IMG/VR virus record: IMGVR_UViG_3300011008_000008
From: a virus
Taxonomy: Duplodnaviria > Caudoviricetes
Strand: one strand, 5' to 3'
DNA: 64,000 nucleotides
Numbering within the stretch: position 1 is the first letter of the stretch; the number at the start of each line of letters is the position of its first letter. The notes under the pieces are model-generated. The model searched no databases and was not told the origin of the DNA. It was given only the letters and a program-made list of their open reading frames with translations. Shown here one piece after another: positions 9,240 through 18,865 of the stretch. The translations under genes and the position numbers were made by a program.

Positions 9240-9455
9240 TCAGTCGTTGCCATGCTCGCGCATAAATTTCTCGATATCCGCGCCGGTATTCCACAATCCG
9301 TAATGATCCCGTACCCAATTCTCTACGTCAGCGCTCTCTCCCAGCTCGTCAAGATGAAAAATCCACCTTTCGCCATAGTCAGCCATCAGTTCACAGAATT
9401 TCTTAATGCAGCGTTTCTTGTCGCGCTCGAAAATCTCAAAATCACACTTCAACAT
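9240..9455 (-). CDS. hypothetical protein
   Basis: GAGG RBS before ATG 9455. Confidence 0.7.
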   Translation of the reverse strand: MLKCDFEIFERDKKRCIKKFCELMADYGERWIFHLDELGESADVENWVRDHYGLWNTGADIEKFMREHGND

Positions 9456-9484
9456 GTCGGTTATCCTCACTTTCAAAAAAGTAA

Positions 9485-9534
9485 CTATGTTTGCTTGACA
9501 GTTACTATTATACTCATCCTAATCCATTTGTCAA
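9485..9534 (-). promoter_or_regulatory. early promoter + variant leader, copy 6
   Basis: TTGACA(9529-9534)-16-TATAAT(9507-9512), AACTGTCAAGCAAACATAG. Confidence 0.85.
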
Positions 9535-9823
9535 TAGGTTTCTGAAAAAAGTTTTGATATTATTTTCTCCTATTTTTAGAAATTCTTCTTTTCTGTTCGC
9601 CAGGAACAAACGTTTTGGAATATAGGGATTTTCCGACAGCTCCCAGGTTTTCCAGGTGTTTTGAAATATCCGGTTTTCTTGCAGCCAGAAACCCGTTTTT
9701 TTTTGAAAATGGACTTTTCCTGCGCGGCAGCATCAAAAAGCGTTTGTTTTTGAAAATCCAGATTTTCTGCGCGACAAAAAAAGAAGGTTATGAAAAACCA
9801 TAACCCTCTTGCGCTGTCTCATC

Positions 9824-9976
9824 TCAGGCCGCTTTGCTCGCCTTTTTCCAAATCCTGTAAAACTCATTGCTCACGACTGCAAAACCTCCGTCAACCCGAA
9901 TGACGGTTTCTCCGGCGTTCCTTGCCTTGTTCGCTTCCCTCTTGGTCTCGTAGGTGATCAGATTCGACAGCGCCAT
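9824..9976 (-). CDS. small hypothetical protein, 50 aa
   Basis: GGAGG RBS; MALSNLITYETKREANKA...; terminator-like hairpin at 9777-9810. Confidence 0.65.
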   Translation of the reverse strand: MALSNLITYETKREANKARNAGETVIRVDGGFAVVSNEFYRIWKKASKAA

Positions 9977-10022
9977 GGTTTTATCCTCCCAACGTCAATA
10001 TGTTTTTGTCTTATTTCCTATG

Positions 10023-10361
10023 TTAAATCAAAGAGATCAGCTTGTTCAGGTTAAACCGATTTCCCGCTTCAAGCACGTTTTCCTTGACGCTCTTAGCGAA
10101 GACCCAGCCGTTCTTGGTTCCGTCCTTCTTGAACACGGATATCTTTTCCAGGTATTCTCCCCTGCCGTCGTAGTACTTCATATAGCACACCCGGCGCTCC
10201 GTGATCGTCGTTTCATCCTCTCCGATCTGCTTGATGAATGCGGGATAGTCATAGCCATACGCGGGATTGTGCAGGTAATTGGCCACATCAAACTTGTAAC
10301 CCTCCGGCAGCTCCATCTTGATCAGCTTCCTAATGTAATCCGGTTTCATGTTACGCGCCAT
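10023..10361 (-). CDS. hypothetical protein
   Basis: AAGGAGG RBS. Confidence 0.8.
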   Translation of the reverse strand: MARNMKPDYIRKLIKMELPEGYKFDVANYLHNPAYGYDYPAFIKQIGEDETTITERRVCYMKYYDGRGEYLEKISVFKKDGTKNGWVFAKSVKENVLEAGNRFNLNKLISLI

Positions 10362-10384
10362 TGTTGTAACCTCCTTAAAAGTAT

Positions 10385-10434
10385 CTATGTCCTCTTGACA
10401 GTTACTATTATACTCATCTTTTCCTTCTTGTCAA
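10385..10434 (-). promoter_or_regulatory. early promoter + leader, copy 7
   Basis: TTGACA(10429-10434)-16-TATAAT(10407-10412), leader conserved. Confidence 0.9.
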
Positions 10435-10778
10435 TACCTTTTTCAAAATTTTTTGATATTATTTATTCCGTGATTTTCCAGGTACATCAGCAGCGAATCA
10501 GGTTTTTAGATTTTCAAATTTTCTGCACACACCAGATCAGGCAGCAGCGCCAGGTCTCCCGCGAATTTCCGTTTTTAAATATCCGAATTTTCTGCGCGTC
10601 CAGATCGGCAGGAATGCCACGCGCAACAATGCATCGTTTTTTGAAAATCCATATTTTCTGTATCTGCTCCGGATCATCAGCGCAATAAATCCGAATTTTC
10701 AAAAACAAATATCTATTGACGCCCAGGCCAAAAGAAAAAAGCAACCCGTTTACAGATTGCTATTTTTCCACCAGCTCA

Positions 10779-11171
10779 TTAAAGGATCAGCACGCAGTTA
10801 CCGACGTTTGTCTTTTTCCCGTCCTCGAATCTGCAATAATCCGCAACCCAACGTTGATAGCGATCATATACCGGGTAAACCTTAACGACTTTTCCGACGT
10901 AACCACGCGGAATGTTCCGTCCCTTAACCACCATCACGCGCTCCCCAGGCTGGATTATTCCATGCTTGCGATTGTAGGCCCGCAGCGCGTCCGCGTCAAT
11001 GCTGGCGTTATACCAGTAATCGCAATCCCTGCTGCAGTCTCCATAATCGTAATCCCTAACCACAATATTTTCCTCGTCGCCGGTCAGGATGTTGTAAAGA
11101 GTCGCTATTACAAAAGTTCCGCCATTTTGCGCAATTTTCCGCCATCCATTGGAATAAACCAGGTTTTCCAC
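10779..11171 (-). CDS. hypothetical protein with KOW/SH3-like C-terminus
   Basis: IQPGERVMVVKGRNIPRGYVGKV; GTG start with GGAGGG RBS. Confidence 0.7.
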   Translation of the reverse strand: MENLVYSNGWRKIAQNGGTFVIATLYNILTGDEENIVVRDYDYGDCSRDCDYWYNASIDADALRAYNRKHGIIQPGERVMVVKGRNIPRGYVGKVVKVYPVYDRYQRWVADYCRFEDGKKTNVGNCVLIL

Positions 11172-11187
11172 GTTCAGCCCTCCCCTA

Positions 11188-11313
11188 TTAATAGATTTTC
11201 TTCAATTCACGCTTTAAGCGCCTTTTCAGAATCGCGTCAATTACAATGTCAGTGATCAGCAGCCAAACACAAACGAACACCATGCCCCAAACCATCCAAA
11301 TGACCCAATCCAT
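11188..11313 (-). CDS. small membrane protein, 41 aa
   Basis: MDWVIWMVWGMVFVCVWLLITDIVIDAILKRRLKRELKKIY; AGGAGG RBS. Confidence 0.65.
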   Translation of the reverse strand: MDWVIWMVWGMVFVCVWLLITDIVIDAILKRRLKRELKKIY

Positions 11314-11336
11314 CTTCAAATCCTCCTTAAAAGTAA

Positions 11337-11386
11337 CTATGTCCTCTTGACAGTCACATAATAACTCCTCTTTTCTGTTTTGTCAA
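11337..11386 (-). promoter_or_regulatory. early promoter + leader, copy 8
   Basis: TTGACA(11381-11386)-17-TATTAT(11358-11363), GACTGTCAAGAGGACATAG. Confidence 0.85.
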
Positions 11387-11754
11387 TACCTTTTTGTCTT
11401 ATTTTTTGAATTTTCCTAAGAATATTTTTTGTTTTCCGATATTGGATTTTCTATTAGCACGCTAATCATTTTTCCTTATTTTGAAAAATTCCAAATAATT
11501 GTACGCTGTATTTTCCGTTTTTAAATATCCAAATTTTCTGCAATGGGCTATTTTTGAAAATGAGTTTTTCCTAATGAGATTTGATTTTTAAATATTAGAT
11601 TTTCCTGTTTACCGGGTTTTCCAATATGAGATTTTACAGCATCGCCGCATCCAATTTTCCGCAATTTTGAAAAACATATATTTCGATTTTCCACCAGGCC
11701 AAAGAAAATCCCGGCAAACTTTACAGCCTGCCGGGTTATGTATCAAATTTTCTA

Positions 11755-12102
11755 TTAGTCCTCGTCGCTGTATTCGATATCCACAAGATCAAATTCCTGC
11801 GTAGTCATTTTGTACAGAACAGACTCTTGATTGAAACGTTCACGAAATGCGCGGATCATGGGAATAATTTCCCGGCGCTCAACACCTGCAATCTCAATTC
11901 TTATTGACGGTTCCTTAACTACCGTACCGTCTTCGTGGCGGTAGATTCCGAAAACGCCTTCAGTGAACAGGGTAGCACAAAAGCCACGGTTACAAATCTC
12001 ATCTTCGATAATTCGCAGGTAATCGGCTTTTGTGATTTCCTGCTTTTTCGTCTCTTGATCAAACATCCCTATTGTGATGATGTGCTCATTGTAGATTTTC
12101 AT
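11755..12102 (-). CDS. candidate S-adenosylmethionine lyase (T3 SAMase/DUF3574-like)
   Basis: GIYRH...KEPSIRIE...FNQESVL resembles the recalled SAMase G-x-Y-R..E-x-T..Q-D/E-x-V-L pattern. Confidence 0.55.
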   Translation of the reverse strand: MKIYNEHIITIGMFDQETKKQEITKADYLRIIEDEICNRGFCATLFTEGVFGIYRHEDGTVVKEPSIRIEIAGVERREIIPMIRAFRERFNQESVLYKMTTQEFDLVDIEYSDED

Positions 12103-12133
12103 GGTGTGTGCTCCTCTCATTTCGTCGTCGTTA

Positions 12134-12184
12134 CTATGTCCTCTTGACAGTTACTATTATACAGCATGTGATAGGGTTTGTCAA
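12134..12184 (-). promoter_or_regulatory. early promoter + leader, copy 9
   Basis: TTGACA(12179-12184)-17-TATAAT(12156-12161), leader conserved. Confidence 0.9.
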
Positions 12185-12492
12185 TACTTTTTTGCATTAT
12201 TTTATAAATTATTTTTTGCCGGGTTTGAATGCAGAATCACCAGCAACAGAACAGCCATAACAGCGAATTGATGTTTTTAAATATCACGATTTTTTGAAAC
12301 CATAGAACAGAAAAGCGCATATTTAAAAATGCCACTTTGCAAACAGTCGTTTTTAAATATACGGATTTGTTGCGCATGCCCAAACAGAAAACCGGCGTTT
12401 TTGAAAATTAGGATTATTTGCGCGGGCGATCCTGTCATTTTTCAAAACGCAAAAAAAGACAGGGTTTTCACCCTGCCTGTTATCGGTTTGGA

Positions 12493-13332
12493 TTAGAGCA
12501 TATCCGCGTACTTGTGAAACTGCACAACAATCTTTTTCGCGGCAACGCTGGCCTTGTGCTTGCGGTATTCGGTAGCATTGCTATAACGCTTAGTGTCGAA
12601 GTCGTTGTCATTGAAATGGGCGACGAAGTTATTAACAACAGCTTCAGCAGCAGCCCGGCAGAATTTCACAGCGGCCATGTACTGTTTAGCGTTCTCAAAC
12701 TTGACGATCCGGAACTCCAGGGTGTTATCATGCTGGGTGTTGATAAAGTTGGTGTGCTCAGTCGGGGAAACGTTGTTGTTAATAGGCCGCGCCCAATGTC
12801 CGAAATCGCGCCCGAACAGCTTCCGAACCTTTTCCGGGTTAGCTTGCATTTCATCCGACAGGGCGACAAACAGAGAATGATAGAATCGGCGAATATATCC
12901 CATGGTGACGGCGTTGATCATGGTACGGTGTCCGACGTGGGTATGAGTCCCGCAATCGTCGTTGATCTCCAGCTCACCAGCCTGCATCAGGCGTTCAATG
13001 GTGACGGACTGCTTAGAAATAGCGTTCAAGCCCTTGAAAATGGGGGACTTGTACTCAACATCGACGGTGCAATCAGAGGTAGGAATGTAACCATTCAGCA
13101 GGATCTCAGCGCGGGACTTCGGCGTGCTATAGGACGTTTCAAGCTCGATCCCGAAGGTCCAAGGGTTAACCTTATCAGTGCCGAAGGTAGAGTCATTCTC
13201 ATGGCTATAACCATACAGCCGGTTAGCATGAAACGCGCACATATAAGCGGAGCGACCACCGCGCCTATAGGCGTCAACCTTGACAGTGCCAATGTCGGAG
13301 CACTCGGAGCAGCAGCAAATGGGAGTAGACAT
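12493..13332 (-). CDS. putative amidoligase (COOH-NH2 ligase family)
   Basis: TFGIELE, SDCTV..EYKSP, CGTHTHVG, TLEFRI motifs. Confidence 0.8.
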   Translation of the reverse strand: MSTPICCCSECSDIGTVKVDAYRRGGRSAYMCAFHANRLYGYSHENDSTFGTDKVNPWTFGIELETSYSTPKSRAEILLNGYIPTSDCTVDVEYKSPIFKGLNAISKQSVTIERLMQAGELEINDDCGTHTHVGHRTMINAVTMGYIRRFYHSLFVALSDEMQANPEKVRKLFGRDFGHWARPINNNVSPTEHTNFINTQHDNTLEFRIVKFENAKQYMAAVKFCRAAAEAVVNNFVAHFNDNDFDTKRYSNATEYRKHKASVAAKKIVVQFHKYADML

Positions 13333-13396
13333 TAAGAAAACCTCACTTTCAAAATCGTTACTGTGTCGGCAACATTGTTACCCGGTCGATGGCAAT

Positions 13397-13445
13397 AATA
13401 TACCACGGTCAAATGGGTTTGTCAATACTTTTTTGCATTATTTTT
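13397..13445 (-). promoter_or_regulatory. early promoter, copy 10 (no full leader)
   Basis: TTGACA(13420-13425)-17-TATATT(13397-13402); upstream A-tract matches copies 4 and 9. Confidence 0.75.
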
Positions 13446-13739
13446 TAAAATAAATTTTTTGTGGCGTGGCCTTATATAGAAGCAATTGATTTTTAGAAAT
13501 GGGAAAAATGTGGGAAATAGGGGAAATATGAGTATTTATCATGGATTGTGATTGATTTATTAGATTTATTTATAATTGCCTGGTGTACAGTCTCAAATGC
13601 CGAAAAATCAAATTTTGGTTTTTGAAAATGGGATTATTTTGTATTCCAATTTTCGACTCCATCACCGGATGTATTGATACAGTATAGGCCATACACCTAT
13701 ACCAGTTTGAAGTCTATATTTTGATATTATGTAGACTTG

Positions 13740-14650
13740 ACCTAATTTAGAGTGATTTATATAGGGGGATAGGTTTACATTATAGGTTTATATACCAGGT
13801 TAGTAAAAGGAAGAAGGTGTTCCACTTCCCTCTGCTCTCAAAAATTCCCGCCATATCCCCATTTTCAATAAAACAAGTTCACCCAATTTTTCGCCACCAT
13901 AATCCTCTAAATAAGAAGTCTACCGAATGTCGTTTTTAAAAATCGCAAAAAGCTCTAAATTCGCTGATTCTTACATCTGCCCGAATAATTCATTTTTGAA
14001 ATTTACCTCCCGAAAAATTCCTCTAAACAAGAGTGTTTTTTAAATCCGGATTCGATCTACCGAAAATTGCAAAACGACGATTAAATTGTCGCAAGAATTT
14101 TTCGGAAATCTATTCCTCTAAATTACAGTGTTTTGATTGAGAAAAATGACAATAAAACAACTTGTCATTAATCCTGAGTCGCCAGACGAGGGATTAATGA
14201 CAAGCCTTACAAACGTTGAAATAGTAATAATATCTCTAAATTACAAGATTCGTAATTGAACGTGCAATACGCAGATGAATTCATTTTTCATGTGGTTTTG
14301 CCTTCAGACTTCTTGGAATGAATTCAGTTGCGTAATGACATTTAAAATAATACTTATCAGAAAAATACTTTAGTATGAAACAGTATTATTTTAAATGTCA
14401 TTTTAATCATACTGTAGTATATAAATACAGAATTTCATACATCAATCTTTTATCAAAGTATATCTTTATAAATTATATAGATTTTTCTTTATATATTATA
14501 TATAGTCATCTATATATTATAATATACAGAAGTCTTTTATATATTATATATATAATATAATAAGAAAAGAAAAATCTGTCCGGCGTTTCAATTCCCTCCG
14601 GTCATTGAATCACCGCCAATCCGTCATTCCCTTCGGTCATGGCGTCTTGG
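13740..14650. other. non-coding strand-switch region, putative origin/terminus
   Basis: CTCTAAA repeats at 13745(rev), 13905, 13953, 14021, 14116, 14234; 14-bp perfect inverted repeat 14161-14203; very AT-rich 14340-14570. Confidence 0.45.
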
Positions 14651-14718
14651 TATCCATAGCCCAGCTTCATTTTCTTCTTCAGCTTCAAAATAATTTTAAA
14701 GATAATATCAAAAAGTAC

Positions 14719-14747
14719 TTGACTTATTTATTGTGAAGAGTTATAAT
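14719..14747 (+). promoter_or_regulatory. sigma-A promoter of RNAP operon
   Basis: TTGACT-17-TATAAT. Confidence 0.8.
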
Positions 14748-14804
14748 AACAATAGTATTTAGTATACTCCAGCTTGCTATAAGGAGGTTGATCTTATAAT
14801 AAAC

Positions 14805-15188
14805 ATGGACGAGCATAAATTTGGAAATCTAACATTGCGCAGACCGTCGAAATCATTGACCGACGCTGAATGGCAAATTTACTTTGAAGCCATGCGCGAC
14901 AGCATACAACCGTCAAATGATCGCATTATGCAGAAACCCAGGTTAAACCCTTCGCCAGATGAAGTACATGTGGTCGAATCGCATATTTCGATAATTAACA
15001 GCCAGCTCGGAAACTACTGTGACTTTATCAACAGCATACTAAAAACAATTCGCTCTGGGCACGACGATTATTGCTATTTCATATATCAGGTTGCTGACCT
15101 GCTTCGATATGAACGAGATCGTTTGCGTTCAGAGTATTTGCCAGACGATGGCTGCATAAGGGTTTGGCTTTCAAGATCAAGCGGATAG
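14805..15188 (+). CDS. hypothetical protein
   Basis: ORF after promoter and AGGAGG. Confidence 0.75.
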   Translation: MDEHKFGNLTLRRPSKSLTDAEWQIYFEAMRDSIQPSNDRIMQKPRLNPSPDEVHVVESHISIINSQLGNYCDFINSILKTIRSGHDDYCYFIYQVADLLRYERDRLRSEYLPDDGCIRVWLSRSSG

Positions 15189-15207
15189 ATGAACATGAGA
15201 AGGTGGG

Positions 15208-17979
15208 ATGCTATTGGAACTAAAATCATGTCATAAATTGATATACAAGATACATAGCAAACAACTAAAGAAAGCAAAGTGGAATCTAACTTTGGATCTG
15301 AATACTGCGATGCGCGAAAACTCGGAATGTGTCGTTGCCCTTAACAACAGTCAAGCATTGCGGTTCATCGACGAAATCAACGGCGTCGAAAACATCACGA
15401 GCAAAGTTAATCACTTGTATAATCGAATCAAGGCAGAAAAGAAGAAGCAGCGGAGCAAGGAAACCAAAGTCACGATACGACAACTCTATCAGACTTTGTA
15501 TGACCTCCAGTTTCAAAAAGACTATGTTTGCATTATCATGGACAGCAACGCCGACTATGACCGGGCGAACAAAGGATTTACAATCAACGGAGTAAAGTAC
15601 AGGAGATTGCTTGGTACAAACGGCGGAATTAAGAATTCGACGATTGTCTATGTCAGCGAAGCTGTATATGAGCCATTGAAGAAAAGGATGGACAACGGCA
15701 GAGATATGTCTAAGCAGCTTGTGCCCGCCAAGCTCGAAGCGTATCAAGCATTAATTTGTTCAGGGTCAACTCCCCTACCTCCGCCGCGAGGATTCATTGT
15801 GGTTAAAGACTGCATTACGCATTTCAAAGATAATGTGATTATGATAAATGATGAAGCTGATGGCGAACCTGTTCTAACCTACGAGAACAAGTATGAAATA
15901 GAGCATAATGATTCAGACGGCTATGGTCTAATGTCTCCTGCGTATTCAAAGATTGTCAATGGGTTTCTGACCGGCGATGATCAGCATACCATCTCTGGTA
16001 TGAACACCAGGTATGCATGGACTAAGGGTATGGTTTACACGTTTGATTTTGTAGAGTTTGCGGAGAAGATAGCTGGCACATATCTGATCGAGGATGTTTG
16101 GGGTTGCATCCGAGACGTGCGAGACGCCGATGTTATCCTTACAGAATCAATGCTTAAACTCTGGGATAGCTATGATAGCTGGGAGGATTATTATCGCAAC
16201 TGCGAAGAAAACCATTATGAGTTTTCAACACCGAAGATTACTCCGGAGAAATTGGAAAACGTGCGAGACACAAACTACCAGTTCTTGCAGAGCTATGAGT
16301 TTTCTGACGAGGAAATCAAAGAGCTGTGTGAGCCTACGTTCTCAGAGATTAATGACGCTCTTGGACTGGATTATAAAAAGAGCTTGACGTTTATGACCGG
16401 GTATGGCTTAACAGATGAAAGCGCAAGTCTTGAAAAATACAGCGCTCCTATTCAGGCGTTGATGATTGAACCAGGATTAATCAATGATTCATTCATTCGC
16501 CGGAAGATTTGGAGCATGATTGAGCGTCGAATAGAGATGGCCAAGCGCGGCGCGATTCGCGTGAACGGCAACTATGCAATGATATCTGGAGATCCATATG
16601 CTTTATGCCAAAGTATGTTTGGTTTGGAAATTACAGGATTGCTTAAAGCTGGCGAAGTTTATCACAAGTATTGGATAGACAAAGGGGCAGATGAAATAGT
16701 ATGTTTTAGAGCGCCAATGACTTGCCACAACAATATTCGTCGGATGATTTTAAACAAGTCTGTTGAAGTGCTGCATTGGTATCAATATATAAAAACGGCT
16801 CTAATCTATAATGCGTTTGATACAGCGTGTGAAGCAATGAACGGTTCTGACAAGGACGGGGATACGAATATGTGTACGGATAATCCAATTTTGATTCGTA
16901 GGACATTAAACTTGCCCACAATTGTCTGTGTGCAGCGCAAAGCTGAAAAAAAGATTGCATCAGAGGATGACATCATACAGGCTAACAAACTTGCATTTAA
17001 TGATGATATAGGAGTGATAACCAATCATGTAACAAGTATGATTGAGCGTCAGTCTGGTTTTGATATTGGGAGTAAAGAATATGAAACTTTGTCTTATAGA
17101 ATAATGTGCGGTCAGCTATATCAGCAGAATGCTATAGATCGCGCAAAGGGCATTATTGCAAAGCCAATGCCGACATACTGGTACAGCTATAGAGACTGCT
17201 TGCCGAAACCAGAAGATAAACCAGAAGAGCATAAAGCGAAGGAACTTAATATTCGTATTGTAGCTTCTGAAAAACCATACTTCATGAAGTATGTATATCC
17301 ATCATTGAAGTCGAAATATAATTCCTTTATGCAGAATAATAAGTATAAAGCAATCCGTCTATTCTCTGATAAAGGAATTAGGAACCTGGATGATCTCGAA
17401 CAGTATCCAGATAAGACAGATGAAATGCGTGAATTTCTCGAACACTTCCATAGCCATATGGTTGTTGGAGAAAATGATTGTGTGATCAATAGAATTTGTA
17501 AGCTTGCTGAAAACGAGTTCTCAAGTTTTTCAAAACTAAAATCAAGTGATCTATTGTTTGATTATAGCTCTTTGAAATGTGGCGTTGAATATTCTGCGAG
17601 TTTATATAACACAATCCATAGTATATATCATGAATACAAAAGAAGGGTAGAAAAGAAGAAAAATCATCTGAGCAACTTGAAGTCTGAAAAGAATATCGAT
17701 TATGATGATAAGGCACTATTTGTTGAATGGTTTAAAAGGCAATGCGCCGAGGTTTGTACTAACGAATACGAGCTTTGTGATATATTACTTGACATCTGCT
17801 ATCAAACAGAGGGAGATAAATCATTTGTCTGGGAGGTATGCGGTGATACAATAGTAAACAATCTATTATCTAAAAACGAATGGATGTTTAGCTACCCGGT
17901 AGAAACCAATGAGGATTCTGATTTTGTATTCTGCGGTAGAAGTATGTCTTTACATAGAAAGAGAGTCGATCATGATTAG
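15208..17979 (+). CDS. yonO: YonO-like single-subunit DNA-dependent RNA polymerase
   Basis: two-barrel polymerase motifs SDGYG, R..WTKG, FRAPM and catalytic GSDKDGD; size and position upstream of HU/terminase as in SPbeta. Confidence 0.85.
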   Translation: MLLELKSCHKLIYKIHSKQLKKAKWNLTLDLNTAMRENSECVVALNNSQALRFIDEINGVENITSKVNHLYNRIKAEKKKQRSKETKVTIRQLYQTLYDLQFQKDYVCIIMDSNADYDRANKGFTINGVKYRRLLGTNGGIKNSTIVYVSEAVYEPLKKRMDNGRDMSKQLVPAKLEAYQALICSGSTPLPPPRGFIVVKDCITHFKDNVIMINDEADGEPVLTYENKYEIEHNDSDGYGLMSPAYSKIVNGFLTGDDQHTISGMNTRYAWTKGMVYTFDFVEFAEKIAGTYLIEDVWGCIRDVRDADVILTESMLKLWDSYDSWEDYYRNCEENHYEFSTPKITPEKLENVRDTNYQFLQSYEFSDEEIKELCEPTFSEINDALGLDYKKSLTFMTGYGLTDESASLEKYSAPIQALMIEPGLINDSFIRRKIWSMIERRIEMAKRGAIRVNGNYAMISGDPYALCQSMFGLEITGLLKAGEVYHKYWIDKGADEIVCFRAPMTCHNNIRRMILNKSVEVLHWYQYIKTALIYNAFDTACEAMNGSDKDGDTNMCTDNPILIRRTLNLPTIVCVQRKAEKKIASEDDIIQANKLAFNDDIGVITNHVTSMIERQSGFDIGSKEYETLSYRIMCGQLYQQNAIDRAKGIIAKPMPTYWYSYRDCLPKPEDKPEEHKAKELNIRIVASEKPYFMKYVYPSLKSKYNSFMQNNKYKAIRLFSDKGIRNLDDLEQYPDKTDEMREFLEHFHSHMVVGENDCVINRICKLAENEFSSFSKLKSSDLLFDYSSLKCGVEYSASLYNTIHSIYHEYKRRVEKKKNHLSNLKSEKNIDYDDKALFVEWFKRQCAEVCTNEYELCDILLDICYQTEGDKSFVWEVCGDTIVNNLLSKNEWMFSYPVETNEDSDFVFCGRSMSLHRKRVDHD

Positions 17980-18865
17980 TCCGATTATTAACGAAAAAGA
18001 TTATGCTGAAAGATTACTTCACGATCTATGCACAGATGATAATCCGTACTATGCTTTATCTATTATTGCACGATACTATTATCATAATGCTGGATATAGG
18101 AAAAAGCGAATAATTACTTTACTGACAAAATACTTGTATAGCCACTATCTTGTTGAGGAATACGACAAGCTTGATTGGAGCGAACGCATTGAGAGGATTT
18201 CAAATAATGCCAGGAAAAATCCTCTCATTGATGTCAGCAGTATTAAGATTACTTCTGCTGAAATGAAAACGGTTGATTCAATCACAGGAGCAGCGTTGAA
18301 GCGTTTGGCATTTACATTGCTATGTTTGGCGAAGCTGAATAATTTAAGAAATAAGAAAAACAACGGATGGCTGAATTATAGTTCTAAAGATGTATTCGCT
18401 TTGGCAAATATATCATGCAGCTCATATGAACGTGAAGTGAAGTTGGGGATTCTATACAGATATGGGTTGTTGGAATTTCCTAAAAGAAATGACAACCTAA
18501 GCTATCGTGTAACCTTCATCGATAATGAATCAGAGCCAGTGATGTTTGTCGATGATATTCGAGTATTAGGGTATCAGTATATGAATTATCATGACGGCGG
18601 TTTTGTTCAGTGCTGTGAGTGCGGAGTTTATATGCGCGATAAAGCTGGAGATAATACGCCAGGGCGAAAAAGATTGTATTGTGATAATTGTGCTGCCCCT
18701 AAGCCGATGGAAACCAAGATAGTCAAGTGCTCCGATTGTGGAATACAGTTTGTTGTGAATAGTAAAAACAATGTCAGCAAGAGATGCCCCTACTGTTCAA
18801 ACGAGCACCGCAAAGAATATTTAAGAAAATATATGAGGGATCGTCGCGGTTCAGAAATTGTGTAA
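17972..18865 (+). CDS. hypothetical protein with C-terminal zinc ribbons
   Basis: overlaps RNAP stop; CxxC x4 (CCEC, CDNC, CSDC, CPYC). Confidence 0.8.
   Translation: MISPIINEKDYAERLLHDLCTDDNPYYALSIIARYYYHNAGYRKKRIITLLTKYLYSHYLVEEYDKLDWSERIERISNNARKNPLIDVSSIKITSAEMKTVDSITGAALKRLAFTLLCLAKLNNLRNKKNNGWLNYSSKDVFALANISCSSYEREVKLGILYRYGLLEFPKRNDNLSYRVTFIDNESEPVMFVDDIRVLGYQYMNYHDGGFVQCCECGVYMRDKAGDNTPGRKRLYCDNCAAPKPMETKIVKCSDCGIQFVVNSKNNVSKRCPYCSNEHRKEYLRKYMRDRRGSEIV

Noticed and set aside
307-12184. Repeated 19-nt motif as a CRISPR array or integron attC sites
   Set aside because: Copies are 0.8-3.5 kb apart, separated by genes and fixed to -10/-35 boxes; no cas genes or attC-type structure seen.
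12418-13335. 305-aa plus-strand ORF (likewise 3773-4450, 4293-4997, 9954-10688)
   Set aside because: Antisense shadows of minus-strand genes that have RBSs and promoters.
14375-14560. 61-aa Tyr/Ile-rich ORF
   Set aside because: Artefact of the AT-rich tract; no RBS.
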